A stretch of DNA of 64,000 nucleotides. It comes from an uncultured Planctomycetota bacterium (GTDB lineage Bacteria > Planctomycetota > Planctomycetia > Isosphaerales > Isosphaeraceae). Positions 9,732-20,844 of this stretch are shown here, one piece after another. A program made the translations under genes and the position numbers. The DNA lies in the NCBI GenBank assembly GCA_963737655.1, contig CAVTTN010000002.1:2496001-2560000 (forward strand). The letters run 5' to 3'. Position 1 is the stretch's first letter; every line of letters starts with the position of its first letter. Below the pieces are notes generated by a model. That model had not been told where the DNA came from and did no database searches. It worked only from the letters and a program-made list of their open reading frames with translations.

Positions 9732-10877
9732 GTGGCGAGGATCGGCTTGAGCGATTCACTCTGGGAATGTCCCCGATGCCGGACGCCCAACCCCTGGGCC
9801 TCGTACATCCGGGTCTGCATGGCGTGCGGAGAGCCCCGTCCTCCCGAGGACGCACGGGCCGCGTTCGCGCCGAAGCCCGAACCGCCGCCGACGAAGCCGC
9901 CTCGGCCCCTCCTGGCGGTCGCCTCGTGGGCGTATCTGGCCGCCTCTCTGATCGTCCTGGCCCTGGAGAAAGGGCTGGGTGACCGCTGGTGGCCGGCGAC
10001 GGTCTTGATGTTCGCCCCTCGGTGGATCGGGCTCGCCCCGTGGCCGATCCTGGTCGTCCCGGCGGTCCGGCGGAAGCGGTGGCGGCTGGCGGTCGTCCCG
10101 ATGGTCGCGGCGGCCGTCGTCGCCGGGCCCCTGATGGGCCTTCGCCTGCCGGTCGCCTCCCTGTTCGCCCGGGCGCCGAAGGGGGATTCGATCCGCGTCC
10201 TGACCCTCAACCGGGGCGGGGAACCCCTGGACTCCGCCCGCCTCGTCGCGTTCCTGGTCGACCAGGAGATCGACGTGATCTGCTTCCAGGAGGGCCGGCG
10301 CGATGCCTTGCTCGACGACTTCCTCTCCTCCTGGGCGAGCGATCCGGCCGGCAAGGTCTTCAGCCGATTGCCGATGGTCCAGTCGCTGGCCCCGGTCGAC
10401 GTCGATTTCGAGACCTACGGCGAGTGGGGCGTGCGGGTCACGAGGATGGCGGTGAAGGCCCCCTCCGGCCGGGTGATCCTGGTGGCCAGCGCCCACATGC
10501 CGACGATGAGCCAGGGGTTCCCCTACCTGCTTCGCGGCCAGTTCTCCGCGTTCCGCCGCTACCGGGACTGGCGGAGCCGGCAGGTGGAGGAGCTCAAGGG
10601 GGTCCTCCGCCAGTCCCCGGGCTTGCCCGTCCTCCTGTCGGGCGACTTCAACATGCCGCCGGACAGCCCGATGATGAAGGCCCTCCGGCGTGACTACGCC
10701 TCGGGCTTCGAGGCCGTCGGCTGGGGCTACGGCTACACCCGGCCCGCCACCGTCCCCTGGATCGGGATCGACCGCATCCTCGCCGGCCCGGAGTTCCGGT
10801 TCGTCTCCTGCCGGGTCGGCCCCTCGTTCGGCTCGGACCACCGCTCGATGATCGCCGAAGTGGTCTTGACTCGATGA
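9732..10877 (+). CDS. membrane-anchored endonuclease/exonuclease/phosphatase (EEP) protein with N-terminal Cys4 zinc finger
   Basis: WECPRC..N..CMAC; three TM segments; VLTLN, CFQE, SGDFN, IDRI, GSDH. Confidence 0.85.
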   Translation: MARIGLSDSLWECPRCRTPNPWASYIRVCMACGEPRPPEDARAAFAPKPEPPPTKPPRPLLAVASWAYLAASLIVLALEKGLGDRWWPATVLMFAPRWIGLAPWPILVVPAVRRKRWRLAVVPMVAAAVVAGPLMGLRLPVASLFARAPKGDSIRVLTLNRGGEPLDSARLVAFLVDQEIDVICFQEGRRDALLDDFLSSWASDPAGKVFSRLPMVQSLAPVDVDFETYGEWGVRVTRMAVKAPSGRVILVASAHMPTMSQGFPYLLRGQFSAFRRYRDWRSRQVEELKGVLRQSPGLPVLLSGDFNMPPDSPMMKALRRDYASGFEAVGWGYGYTRPATVPWIGIDRILAGPEFRFVSCRVGPSFGSDHRSMIAEVVLTR

Positions 10878-10895
10878 GATGGGGCCTCCTCGACC

Positions 10896-10960
10896 GTAGG
10901 GTGCATGAAAGGCACCATCTTCGATGGTCTCCGGAAGATGGTGCCTTTCCTGCACCCGAC
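10896..10960. repeat. family A REP inverted doublet (REPIN-like)
   Basis: GTAGGGTGCATGAAAGGCACCATCTTC..GAAGATGGTGCCTTTCCTGCACCCGAC. Confidence 0.88.
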
Positions 10961-11079
10961 AAGGCGCGCCCTCCGAGGCACACCCCTTGCACGGCCGGTC
11001 TGCTATAGTGGCCACGAAACGGACACCGACGCCCCAGCGACGGCTCGCCCGGCCCCCTGATGATGGAAACGAGACGATC

Positions 11080-13330
11080 ATGCCCACCCGAACCGCCCCC
11101 GAGGCGTCTCCTCCCCTCGTCTCGCCCCAGGACCTGGACCTGATCATCCACTCCGCCCACTGGGACGCCTTCTCGATCCTCGGCCCTCACGAGATGGGCA
11201 CCGATGGCGCGAAGGGCCTGGTCATCCGCGCGTTCATCCCCGAGGCCGCCCGCGCCTGGGTCGTGGACCTCTCCTCGGGAGAGCCGGGTCGGAAGGTCGA
11301 GATGCAGAGGCTCCATCCCGACGGCTTCCTCGTCGCCACGTTCCCCGGCAAGTCCCCCGGGATGCCCTACCGCCTGGCCGTCGAGAACCACGAGGGCCAC
11401 GCCTGGGAATTCGTCGATCCTTACCAGTTCGGGCCCGTCCTCACGGACTTCGACCTCCACCTCCTCGCCGAAGGCACCCACTACGACAGCTACGAGAAGC
11501 TCGGCGCCCACGTCCGCGAGCATCAGGGCGTCCGAGGGGTCCATTTCGCCGTCTGGGCCCCGAACGCGCAGAGGGTCAGCGTCGTCGGCGACTTCAACCA
11601 CTGGGACGGCCGCCGCCACCCGCTGCGCAATTGCGGCACCGGCGGCCTCTGGGAAGTCTTCATCCCCGGGCTCGGCCAGGGCGAGGTCTACAAGTTCGAG
11701 ATCAAGAGCCGGCACCACGGCTACCTCGTCGCCAAGGCCGACCCCTACGGCTTCTTCGCCGAGCACCGGCCCAAGACCGCCTCGATCGTCTGGGACATCA
11801 CCCGGTTCGCCTGGAATGACTCCCGATGGATGGAGCAGCGCGCCGGCCGGCAGGGCCTGGACGCGCCGATCTCGATCTACGAATGCCACCTCGGCTCCTG
11901 GAAACGCAAGGTCGAGGAGGGGAACCGGTTCCTGACCTATCGCGAGCTGGCCGACGAGCTGGTCGTCTATCTGAAGGGGCTGAACTACACCCACGTCGAG
12001 CTCCTGCCGATCAACGAGCACCCGTTCGACGGCAGTTGGGGCTATCAGCCCGTCGGCTACTTCGCCCCGACCGCCCGGTTCGGCACGCCCGATGACTTCG
12101 CGTACTTCGTCGACACCTTGCACCGCCACGACCTCGGCGTGATCCTCGACTGGGTGCCTGCCCACTTCCCCCGGGACGTCCACGGCCTGGGCTACTTCGA
12201 CGGCACGCACCTCTACGAGCACGAGGACCCCCGGCTGGGCGAGCATCGCGACTGGGGCACCAAGATCTTCAACTACGGCCGCGCCGAGGTCCGCAACTTC
12301 CTGTTCGGCAACGCGCTTTTCTGGCTGGAGCGCTACCACATCGACGGCCTCCGCGTGGATGCCGTGGCGTCGATGCTCTACCTCGACTATTCGCGGAAGC
12401 CCGGCGAGTGGGTCCCGAACCAGTTCGGCGGCAACGAGAACCTCGACGCCATCGACTTCCTCAAGAGGCTCAACGAGGTCTGCCACGCCCGCCACCCCGG
12501 CATCATCACGGCCGCCGAGGAATCGACGAGCTGGTCGGGCGTGTCGCGGCCCACGTACCTCGGCGGCCTCGGCTTCAGCCTGAAGTGGAACATGGGCTGG
12601 ATGAACGATACGCTCGTCTACATGTCCAAGGACCCCGTGTATCGCAAGTACGAGCACGGGGCGCTCACGTTCAGCCTGATCTACGCCTTCACCGAGAACT
12701 TCCTGCTGCCGCTGTCCCACGACGAGGTCGTCCACGGCAAGGGGTCGCTCCTGGACAAGATGCCGGGGGACGTCTGGCAGAAGTTCGCGAATTTGCGGCT
12801 CCTGTACGGCTACATGTGGGGCCACCCGGGCAAGAAGCTTTTGTTCATGGGCTGCGAGATCGGCCAGTGGCGCGAGTGGAAGCACGACGAGAGCCTGGAC
12901 TGGCACCTCCTGCAATGGCCCGACCACCAGGGGCTCAAGGCGGCTCGTCGGCGACCTCAACGCCCTCTACCGGAACGAGCCGGCGCTCCACCAGGTCGAT
13001 TTCGAGTGGACCGGGTTCGAGTGGCTGGAGCTCCACGACTGGGAGAACAGCGTCCTGGCGTTCCTCCGACGCGGCCGGATGCCCGGCGAGGAGATCGTGG
13101 TCGTCTGCAACTTCACGCCCGTGGTGAGGTACGGCTATCGGATCGGCGTCCCCTCCGGCGGGTTCTATCGCGAGCTGATGAACACGGACTCGCATTGCTA
13201 CGGGGGCTCCAACGCCGGGAACTCCGGGGGGACCTGGGCGCGGCCCGAGGCCCACTCCGGCCGGCCGTTCCACCTCGAATTGACCCTGCCCCCGCTGGCG
13301 GTCCTGTTCCTGAAGGCCCAAAATTCGTAG
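11080..13330 (+). CDS. glgB: 1,4-alpha-glucan branching enzyme (one +1 frameshift at ~12940, probably a sequencing error)
   Basis: [48 protein letters not shown]. Removing one G at 12939-12940 gives [19 protein letters not shown] through to TAG 13330. Confidence 0.95.
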
Positions 13331-13476
13331 GGTGCATGAAATGCACCAATCCGAGGCGGGCGACGCCCGCCCACCTCGGCTTGCTCCTTACTCCGTGAGG
13401 ATTCGAAGCGGATTCAGGGCGGGTAGGGTGGGCGGCCTTCGGCCGCCGCGTGTCTGGTGCATTTCATGCACCCTAC
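13327..13476. repeat. composite REP element: family A inverted pair enclosing two further GGTGGGCGG-type hairpins
   Basis: GTAGGGTGCATGAAATGCACCA..TGGTGCATTTCATGCACCCTAC; internal GGCGGGCGACGCCCGCCCACC and GTAGGGTGGGCGGCCTTCGGCCGCC. Confidence 0.85.
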
Positions 13477-13528
13477 AGATCGCGCCGTTCACGTACCTTC
13501 CAGGGACATTCGAGCGAGACCGGGCCCG

Positions 13529-14308
13529 ATGATCGAGCTTTCCGGCGTGACCCAGCATTACGGGGTCCGCCCCGTCCTCCGAACGATCGATCTCCAGGTC
13601 CGCAAGGGGGAGCTCGTCGTCGTCCTCGGACCCAACGGGATGGGCAAGAGCACCCTCCTCGGCGCGATGGGGGGCGTGCTCGCGCCCGAGCAGGGCACCG
13701 TCTCGATCGGCGGGATCGTCCGCCGGGGCTCGGTGGATGACGAGCTCAAGATCCGCCGGATGGCCGTGTACCTGCCCGATCGCCCGTGGCTCCCGGGCAA
13801 TCGCACCGGCCGGGAATTCCTGCTCGGCGTGGGCCGGCTCTACGAGATCCCGGACGCCCGGTTGATCGAGCACGTCCCCCGGCTCCTCGAACTCTTCGAG
13901 CTTGCCGCGAAGGCCGATTCGCCGATCCGGGGGTATTCCGCCGGCCAGCAGAAGAAGACCGCGTTGTGCTCGGCGCTGGTGGCCGAGACGCCCGTGATGA
14001 TCCTGGACGAGCCGTTCTCCGGCGGGCTCGACCCCTCCGGCCTGCTCGCCCTGAAGCGGGTATTGCGGCACCTCGTCGAGAAACGGGGCGTGACCGTGGT
14101 GCTCTCCAGCCCGGTCCCGGAGCTCGTCGAGGAGATCGCCGACCGCATCCTGATCCTCCAGGAAGGCCAGGTGCTCGCCTTCGACTCGCTCGACGGCCTC
14201 CAGCGAGCCACCGGCACCCGGGGCAATCTCGGCCAGGTCCTCGAACGGCTGATCTTCCCCGAGACCACGAGGAACCTGGAGCATTACTTCGAGGACTACA
14301 CCTCATGA
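13529..14308 (+). CDS. ABC-2 type transporter ATP-binding protein
   Basis: GPNGMGKS Walker A, YSAGQ signature, ILDEP Walker B. Confidence 0.92.
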   Translation: MIELSGVTQHYGVRPVLRTIDLQVRKGELVVVLGPNGMGKSTLLGAMGGVLAPEQGTVSIGGIVRRGSVDDELKIRRMAVYLPDRPWLPGNRTGREFLLGVGRLYEIPDARLIEHVPRLLELFELAAKADSPIRGYSAGQQKKTALCSALVAETPVMILDEPFSGGLDPSGLLALKRVLRHLVEKRGVTVVLSSPVPELVEEIADRILILQEGQVLAFDSLDGLQRATGTRGNLGQVLERLIFPETTRNLEHYFEDYTS

Positions 14309-15465
14309 TGGGCCGATTCCGGTCCCTCCTGCCGCCGGCCTCGGCCCTCGTGGCGTTCGCCGCGTCCATGATCCTCGCCGAGCTCCCGATGCTGGCCTTC
14401 GTTCGCAGGCCGTTCTGGGTCCCTCCGCCGGAATTGCTCTATCCGGCGTTGATGGTCCACGTCCTGGCCGCGCTGGCCTACGGGGCCTACCGCTGCGCGG
14501 GGTTCCACCCGTTCTATCGGGCGAGCTATCGGGCCTGGCTGGAGACGACGCCCTGGACCTGGCGGCTCCCCCTGCCCGCCGGCCCGGTCCGCCTGGTCTG
14601 GGAGGACGCGGTGATCGTCTCGGCGGGGGGCCTGCCCGTCTGGTTGCATGGCGGCATCTCGCCGCTGGCGACGATGAGCCTGGTCCTCGGCTCGTACCTG
14701 TTCCTCCTGAGCTTCACGTTCGGGGCCACCGGGGCCTGGGGATTCGGCTATCTCGTCCAGGTCGCCGTGGCGCTGGCGCTGAGGCTCCGCGAGGTCTCGC
14801 CGATCGACTACTCCGGGGCGATCCTCGTCGGATACCTCGTGGGGATGATCGGGCTGTCGCGATCGCTCCGGTCCTGGCCGTGGTCGGGCCTGCCCGTCCC
14901 GGACCTCCAGAAGCTGGCCCAGACCGGCACCCCCGCGACCCCCGAGAACGCCCTGGGTTGGCCCTTCGATCGCCTCGGGCCGCGCGTGGAGCCGCCCCGA
15001 CCGGGGAGGAAACCGATCGACCCGCTGCTGACCAGCCTGGTGATTGGCTGGTGGATCTACGCCGGGCAATATCTGATCCCCACTCCCCAGAACCGCTGGA
15101 TCGTCCTCCGAATGCTCCTGGGCTACGGCAGCTTCGGCGGCGCACTCGCCCGGCTTGGGATCTTCACCACCGGCTATTCGTCTCCCATCAGCCTGGTGGC
15201 GCGAATCGTCCGGCTCCGCCCGCTCGTGCCGAGTTATGACCAGGTCTTCGCGGCCCCTCTCGTGGCATTCCTGACCGGCACCGTCGGGCCTCCGATCCTC
15301 GACCGCCTCGGCGTGCCGACCGATTTCGTCGTCCCGATCGCGGCGAGCCTCGTCCTGATCGCCCTGACGATGGGAGGGCCGGACCGCAAGCGATGGCAGT
15401 TGACCGCCCGGCATCGCGCCGTCCCGGCCGTCAACGCCAGGGGCGGATTCGTCCAGGTGGGCTGA
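14305..15465 (+). CDS. polytopic membrane protein, probable ABC permease partner
   Basis: ATGA coupling to the ATPase; many TM segments. Confidence 0.72.
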   Translation: MMGRFRSLLPPASALVAFAASMILAELPMLAFVRRPFWVPPPELLYPALMVHVLAALAYGAYRCAGFHPFYRASYRAWLETTPWTWRLPLPAGPVRLVWEDAVIVSAGGLPVWLHGGISPLATMSLVLGSYLFLLSFTFGATGAWGFGYLVQVAVALALRLREVSPIDYSGAILVGYLVGMIGLSRSLRSWPWSGLPVPDLQKLAQTGTPATPENALGWPFDRLGPRVEPPRPGRKPIDPLLTSLVIGWWIYAGQYLIPTPQNRWIVLRMLLGYGSFGGALARLGIFTTGYSSPISLVARIVRLRPLVPSYDQVFAAPLVAFLTGTVGPPILDRLGVPTDFVVPIAASLVLIALTMGGPDRKRWQLTARHRAVPAVNARGGFVQVG

Positions 15466-15502
15466 GGCGAGGAGACGATCCGGGACGTTTCCTCCTCGCC
15501 TC
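15464..15502. terminator. hairpin between convergent genes
   Basis: GAGGCGAGGAG..CTCCTCGCCTC 11-bp inverted repeat; no clear U-tract. Confidence 0.4.
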
Positions 15503-15619
15503 GCCGTGGCACGTGGGTGGGGGCGAGGGGGACGGGCACCGGCGACGACACCGGAGCCCGTCCCCGTTTCCCTGGCGGGAGGCCGACGCCCCCTCCGCCG
15601 TGCGGCTGGACTCGGTTTC

Positions 15620-16699
<1,080 letters not shown>

Positions 16700-16746
16700 G
16701 ATCGCGCCTCCCTCGGAAGGGTCTCGTTCCTGTACGTTAGCTCACT

Positions 16747-16776
16747 ATTCTAACCACGGGATCGGCATCGAGTCAA
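16747..16776 (-). promoter_or_regulatory. sigma70-like recA promoter
   Basis: Minus strand TTGACT-18 nt-TAGAAT, about 50 nt upstream of the recA start. Confidence 0.6.
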
Positions 16777-16815
16777 TCGGAGATGAGCCGTAATTCGAGG
16801 TCGGTCGTCGGTCCG

Positions 16816-17421
16816 TCACAAATCCTTGCTGTCCAGGGATTTTCGATCCCGGAGCGGGCAGCGATTCAGGGCGAGATAGGCGGAGCCCTCGGGGGTTGGC
16901 GCGGAGGCGAACGTGACGACCTCCCCGGCCGAGAAGGCCCCGGCCGACCAGCGCTCGTAGTGGCGGAGCAAGGCCCCGACATCGGGCGACGGGCCGCGAC
17001 CGGGCTTCATCCGGCCGAGGGTCACGTGAGGGGAGAAGCGGTCGTCCTCGGGCGGATAGCCGACCGACGCGGCGGCCCCGGCCACGGCGTCGCGAAGCGC
17101 CTTCAACGCCTCCGAACCCGGGCCGCTCAGGCCGACCCAGACGACCCGGGGCCGTTCCGCGTTCGGGAACACGCCCAGGCCCGCCGCGATCAGAGGGAGG
17201 GGAGGGAACGGACTCGCGGCCTCGGCCACGGCGAGGCACAGCGCGTTCAGGTCGCCCACCGGGATATCGCCGAGGAACGCCAGGGTCACGTGAAAGTCTC
17301 TCGGGGCGGTCCAGCGGCATCCGGGGAGGCTCGGCGCGATCAGGCCCTGGAGCCGGGCGAGCTTCTCGGCCTTCTCCTCGGGGATCGTCAGGGCGATGAA
17401 CGTCCGGGTGGGGCGGCTCAT
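16816..17421 (-). CDS. thpR: RNA 2',3'-cyclic phosphodiesterase (2H phosphoesterase)
   Basis: RTFIAL, two HVTL motifs, PRVVW; typical position next to recA. Confidence 0.92.
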   Translation of the reverse strand: MSRPTRTFIALTIPEEKAEKLARLQGLIAPSLPGCRWTAPRDFHVTLAFLGDIPVGDLNALCLAVAEAASPFPPLPLIAAGLGVFPNAERPRVVWVGLSGPGSEALKALRDAVAGAAASVGYPPEDDRFSPHVTLGRMKPGRGPSPDVGALLRHYERWSAGAFSAGEVVTFASAPTPEGSAYLALNRCPLRDRKSLDSKDL

Positions 17422-18890
17422 GGGCGTTCGCCCTCCTCGTCGGGGATCTGCTGGAACACGTCGTCGGGGAGCTCGGGCAAGGGCGGGGGCTGGCGGCGCT
17501 GCTCTACCTTCCAGAGCCGAGAGCCGATGTCGTACCCGGGGTCGCGTTCGGAGAGCCGGCCGAAGGTGCCGCCGTCGTCGATGCCGTCGCGACCGACCGA
17601 GTAGACCGAGACCCCGTCCTCGAACGCTCGGAGCTTGATCGGCCGGCCGTCGAACGGGTCGATCGGCCGTCGGGGGAGGAATTTCGGGTCGATGGCCTCG
17701 ATCGTCCCGGGCAAATCGCCGTGGGCCTGGCGATGCCTCTCCGCGGCCACGAGGACGACGCCGCTCCTCAACTGCCCCGTGATCCGGAACGTGGCGCGGC
17801 CGGCGGGGACGATCGAGGCCATCGTCGCATGGGCGATGAAGCCGAGCGAAGGGCTCCCGGCATCCTTCGGGGGCTCGACGGACTTCGTCCACTCGGCCCA
17901 GCCCGAGGGCTGCTCCGGAGGGGGCCGCCTGGCGATCTCGACGGCCTGGTTGAGCATCGAGAGCATCAGGGCGTGCGTCGCCCGGAAGTAGAACGGCCGG
18001 GCCGGGGCGAACCAGAAGGGGCCGTCCGAATTCGCCTGGCCGGAGGACTGCGAGACGGTCATCTCGCCCGAGGTCCACCGCGAGCAAACGTCGTGGGCGT
18101 TGGCCCGCTCGCCCCGGAGGCCCCAGAGGAGCCGAGGCTCGTCGGCCTCGTCTTCCAGGGCCGCCTGGATCGAGGCGAGGGCGGATTCCGAAGGCTCGCC
18201 CTGGGCCAACACCGTCTGGACGGCCTCCAATGCCGTGCCGTCGATCGCGATCCGCACCAACTGCGAGATCATCAGCGGCTCATCGCCGATCGCCCGGGCG
18301 GTGTTGAGCAGGGCCCGGCAGGATTCCAGGGCGCCGTCGAGGTCGCCGTCGTGGGCCCGGAGCTTGACGTCGAGGCTCAGCAGGGCGGCGACCTGGCGGG
18401 CGTCCTGGAGATGCTCCAGAGAGCTTGTGGCGAACGTCACGCCTTCTTTCAGGGGAAACCGCCCGAGAGGAGCATCGGCCAGACGGCGGGCGTTGCGGAG
18501 GGCCCCGGCCTGCTCTTTCAGGACTGACCGGACGGTCGCGGCCTGAGGATCGGTCAGCCTCTGGTTCGGCGGGCGAGTCCCCCGGCGATCGAAGATCTCC
18601 TCCAGTCCCGGGTTCGACCAGTTCGACGGAAGGAGGGATCGGGCTTTTGCCACGATCTCGGCCGAATTGTTCCCGGGAGGGACGGTCTTCCGGCTCTTGA
18701 GGAGGTCGGGCAGCCGCCATCCCGGGTCGAGCCGATCCGCCTCGCTCACGGCCCGGACCACGGCGCGATCGAGGCTCCTCAGCGAGGCCCACCACGTCAC
18801 CCCGGCCACGCCAGAGACGACCAGGGCGATCATCAGGACGATCGTGCGGCGACGGAACCGGCGTTTCGGCGGTGGAGGGGTCGCGGTCAT
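17418..18890 (-). CDS. uncharacterised single-TM-anchored helical protein, tandem paralogue 2
   Basis: Basic N-terminus plus TM; shares GDEPxxISQLVR, GLRGERA, AAERHR, IDPFDG and VYxVGxDGxDDGG with 19104-20588. Confidence 0.8.
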   Translation of the reverse strand: MTATPPPPKRRFRRRTIVLMIALVVSGVAGVTWWASLRSLDRAVVRAVSEADRLDPGWRLPDLLKSRKTVPPGNNSAEIVAKARSLLPSNWSNPGLEEIFDRRGTRPPNQRLTDPQAATVRSVLKEQAGALRNARRLADAPLGRFPLKEGVTFATSSLEHLQDARQVAALLSLDVKLRAHDGDLDGALESCRALLNTARAIGDEPLMISQLVRIAIDGTALEAVQTVLAQGEPSESALASIQAALEDEADEPRLLWGLRGERANAHDVCSRWTSGEMTVSQSSGQANSDGPFWFAPARPFYFRATHALMLSMLNQAVEIARRPPPEQPSGWAEWTKSVEPPKDAGSPSLGFIAHATMASIVPAGRATFRITGQLRSGVVLVAAERHRQAHGDLPGTIEAIDPKFLPRRPIDPFDGRPIKLRAFEDGVSVYSVGRDGIDDGGTFGRLSERDPGYDIGSRLWKVEQRRQPPPLPELPDDVFQQIPDEEGERP

Positions 18891-18995
18891 GACGAAGGGG
18901 TCCGGTCCCGGGTGCGGGATGAGGCGAACCCTCAGTCTCGCCGGACGTTCGCCGGGGATCAAGCGTCTCGACCGGTCCGTCATCGCGAGAGAGTC

Positions 18996-19080
18996 GGGTG
19001 GCATGCCTACGTCTTCGTCAGCATGTCTTCGAGTGGAGCTTGACCGCAGGCATGCTGACGCAGACGTAGGCATGCCACCC
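18996..19080. repeat. family B REP doublet
   Basis: GGGTGGCATGCCTACGTCTTCGTCAGCATG..CATGCTGACGCAGACGTAGGCATGCCACCC. Confidence 0.88.
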
Positions 19081-19103
19081 AAGAAGAGAGGATGGGCAGT
19101 CCG

Positions 19104-20588
19104 TCACCTCGCGAACACGTCCTCGGGCAGTTCTTCGCGAGGCGTCCTGGCTCGGAAGGGGACGTCCCAGAGCGTCCAGCCCAGGTCCGTCCCGGCCCTC
19201 ATCCTCATCCTCGGGTCGAACTTGCCGCCGTCGTCGAGGCCGTCGGGGCCGACGGTGTACACGCTCAGCGATCCGTCCTTCCATCGCGATTTCATCGCGA
19301 GGCCGTCGAACGGGTCGATCGGGATCGCGTCGAGGAGTCGAGGGTCGATCTCGGCGAGCGATCGGGGCATCGCGCCATGGGCGATCCGGTGCCGCTCCGC
19401 CGCGACGATCGCCGCCGAGGCCCGGAGGTTGCTGCTGACCCTCGGCTGCATCGAGAGCACGGCCCCGAACGCCGGGTAGAGCGAGTACGCGAGCGACCCG
19501 GAAAGCTTCTCCAGGCCCGAATCGGACGGCCTGAGCTCGGCCTCGAACTCCTTCCACAGCCGGAGCTGATCGACGGCCGAAGACCGGGCGATCGCGATCG
19601 ATCGATTCAAGAGGCTCAACATTAATGCGTGATTATGAACATAAAATGCCGGGCCGTAGGCGAGGAACTCGGGAGGCCCCCCGCCGTTCATGGCGTTGAT
19701 CTGGCCGAGGGTGATCTCCCCGGCGCCGATCTTCTCCATGAGGACGTTCATGGTCGCCCGTTCCCCGCGGAGGCCCGCCAGGAGCCAGGAATTGCGGGAC
19801 TCGTCCAGGAGCGCCTCTTGGAGCCGGGCCAGGGCGGCGTCCGAGGGGCGCCCCTGGGCCAGGACCCTCTGGACGGTCGCCATCGCCACCTCGTCGAGAG
19901 TCATCCGGACGAGCTGGGAGATCAGGAACGGCTCGTCGCCGATCCCCCGGGCGGTGCCGAGGATGTCCCGGCAGGCGTCGAGGGCGCCGTCGGGGTCGCC
20001 GTCCTGGGCCCGGCGGAACGCCTCGGCCTGGAGGAGTCGGGAGACGTGCCGGTCGGCCTCGATGTGTCCCAGGACCGTCATGATCGGGTTGGGCGCGATG
20101 ACCAGGGGGAAGCGGCCCCGAGGGAGGTCGCGGAGCCGCGCGGCCAGGGCCAGGGCGGCCGATTCCTTCGCCAGAACGTCCCGGAGCTCGGCGGCCAAAG
20201 GCTCGGTCAGCCGCTCGTCGGGCGTCGGGGCGAGGAGCCGGACGGTCATGTCATCCGGGATCGGCTTGCCGAACGGCCCGGGAGTCCCGCCCACGGGCGG
20301 AGGGAACGGCCCGGTCATGAGCCCCCGGACGTTCGCCGCCACGATCGCCGCGTTCTGGTCGTCGGGGATCAACTCCCGGGCCGCCTCCAGGTCGGCCAGC
20401 CGCCATTTCGGGTCGGTCCGGTCGGCCTCGGCGATCGCCTCGGCCAGCTTCCTCCCCTCCCGGAATTCGAGGAAGAACCAGCCGCCGGCCGCCAGGGCGA
20501 TCAGGGCGACGACGGCCCCGAGGGCCACGGTCCGAAACCGAGGGAGGAGCCGTCGCGAGGGCCGTCGGGGCGGAGATTCCGTGCTCAT
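19104..20588 (-). CDS. uncharacterised single-TM-anchored helical protein, tandem paralogue 1
   Basis: Same motif set as 17418-18890; start MSTESPP. Confidence 0.8.
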   Translation of the reverse strand: MSTESPPRRPSRRLLPRFRTVALGAVVALIALAAGGWFFLEFREGRKLAEAIAEADRTDPKWRLADLEAARELIPDDQNAAIVAANVRGLMTGPFPPPVGGTPGPFGKPIPDDMTVRLLAPTPDERLTEPLAAELRDVLAKESAALALAARLRDLPRGRFPLVIAPNPIMTVLGHIEADRHVSRLLQAEAFRRAQDGDPDGALDACRDILGTARGIGDEPFLISQLVRMTLDEVAMATVQRVLAQGRPSDAALARLQEALLDESRNSWLLAGLRGERATMNVLMEKIGAGEITLGQINAMNGGGPPEFLAYGPAFYVHNHALMLSLLNRSIAIARSSAVDQLRLWKEFEAELRPSDSGLEKLSGSLAYSLYPAFGAVLSMQPRVSSNLRASAAIVAAERHRIAHGAMPRSLAEIDPRLLDAIPIDPFDGLAMKSRWKDGSLSVYTVGPDGLDDGGKFDPRMRMRAGTDLGWTLWDVPFRARTPREELPEDVFAR

Positions 20589-20844
20589 GGCGGGAAGGGC
20601 CCGGGGATGGATGGGGGAGGCGTCGGTCTCTCCAGTCTGACCTCGGACAGTCGTCCGATCAAGGGGCTTGCTCGTGGGGCTGGATTCACCACAACGCCAC
20701 AAAGAGCACGGAGGAAGACACGAAGATGAGCCGATGGGCGGAGTCGGCCGGGTTGGTCGTCGGGGACTGGCGGCGGTCCCGGGGGCTCCCGGCTGGCTCG
20801 GAAGATGCGATCATCGGCGGCCCTGATCCGATTGGAGCCCGATC

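Noticed and set aside
12930..12950. Programmed ribosomal frameshifting in glgB and others
   Set aside because: No slippery heptamer or shared signal, and both +1 and -1 indels occur; sequencing error is simpler.
16729..16746. LexA box at the recA transcription start
   Set aside because: CTGTACGTTAGCTCAC matches only one half of CTGT-N8-ACAG, and I cannot state the cognate motif for this lineage.
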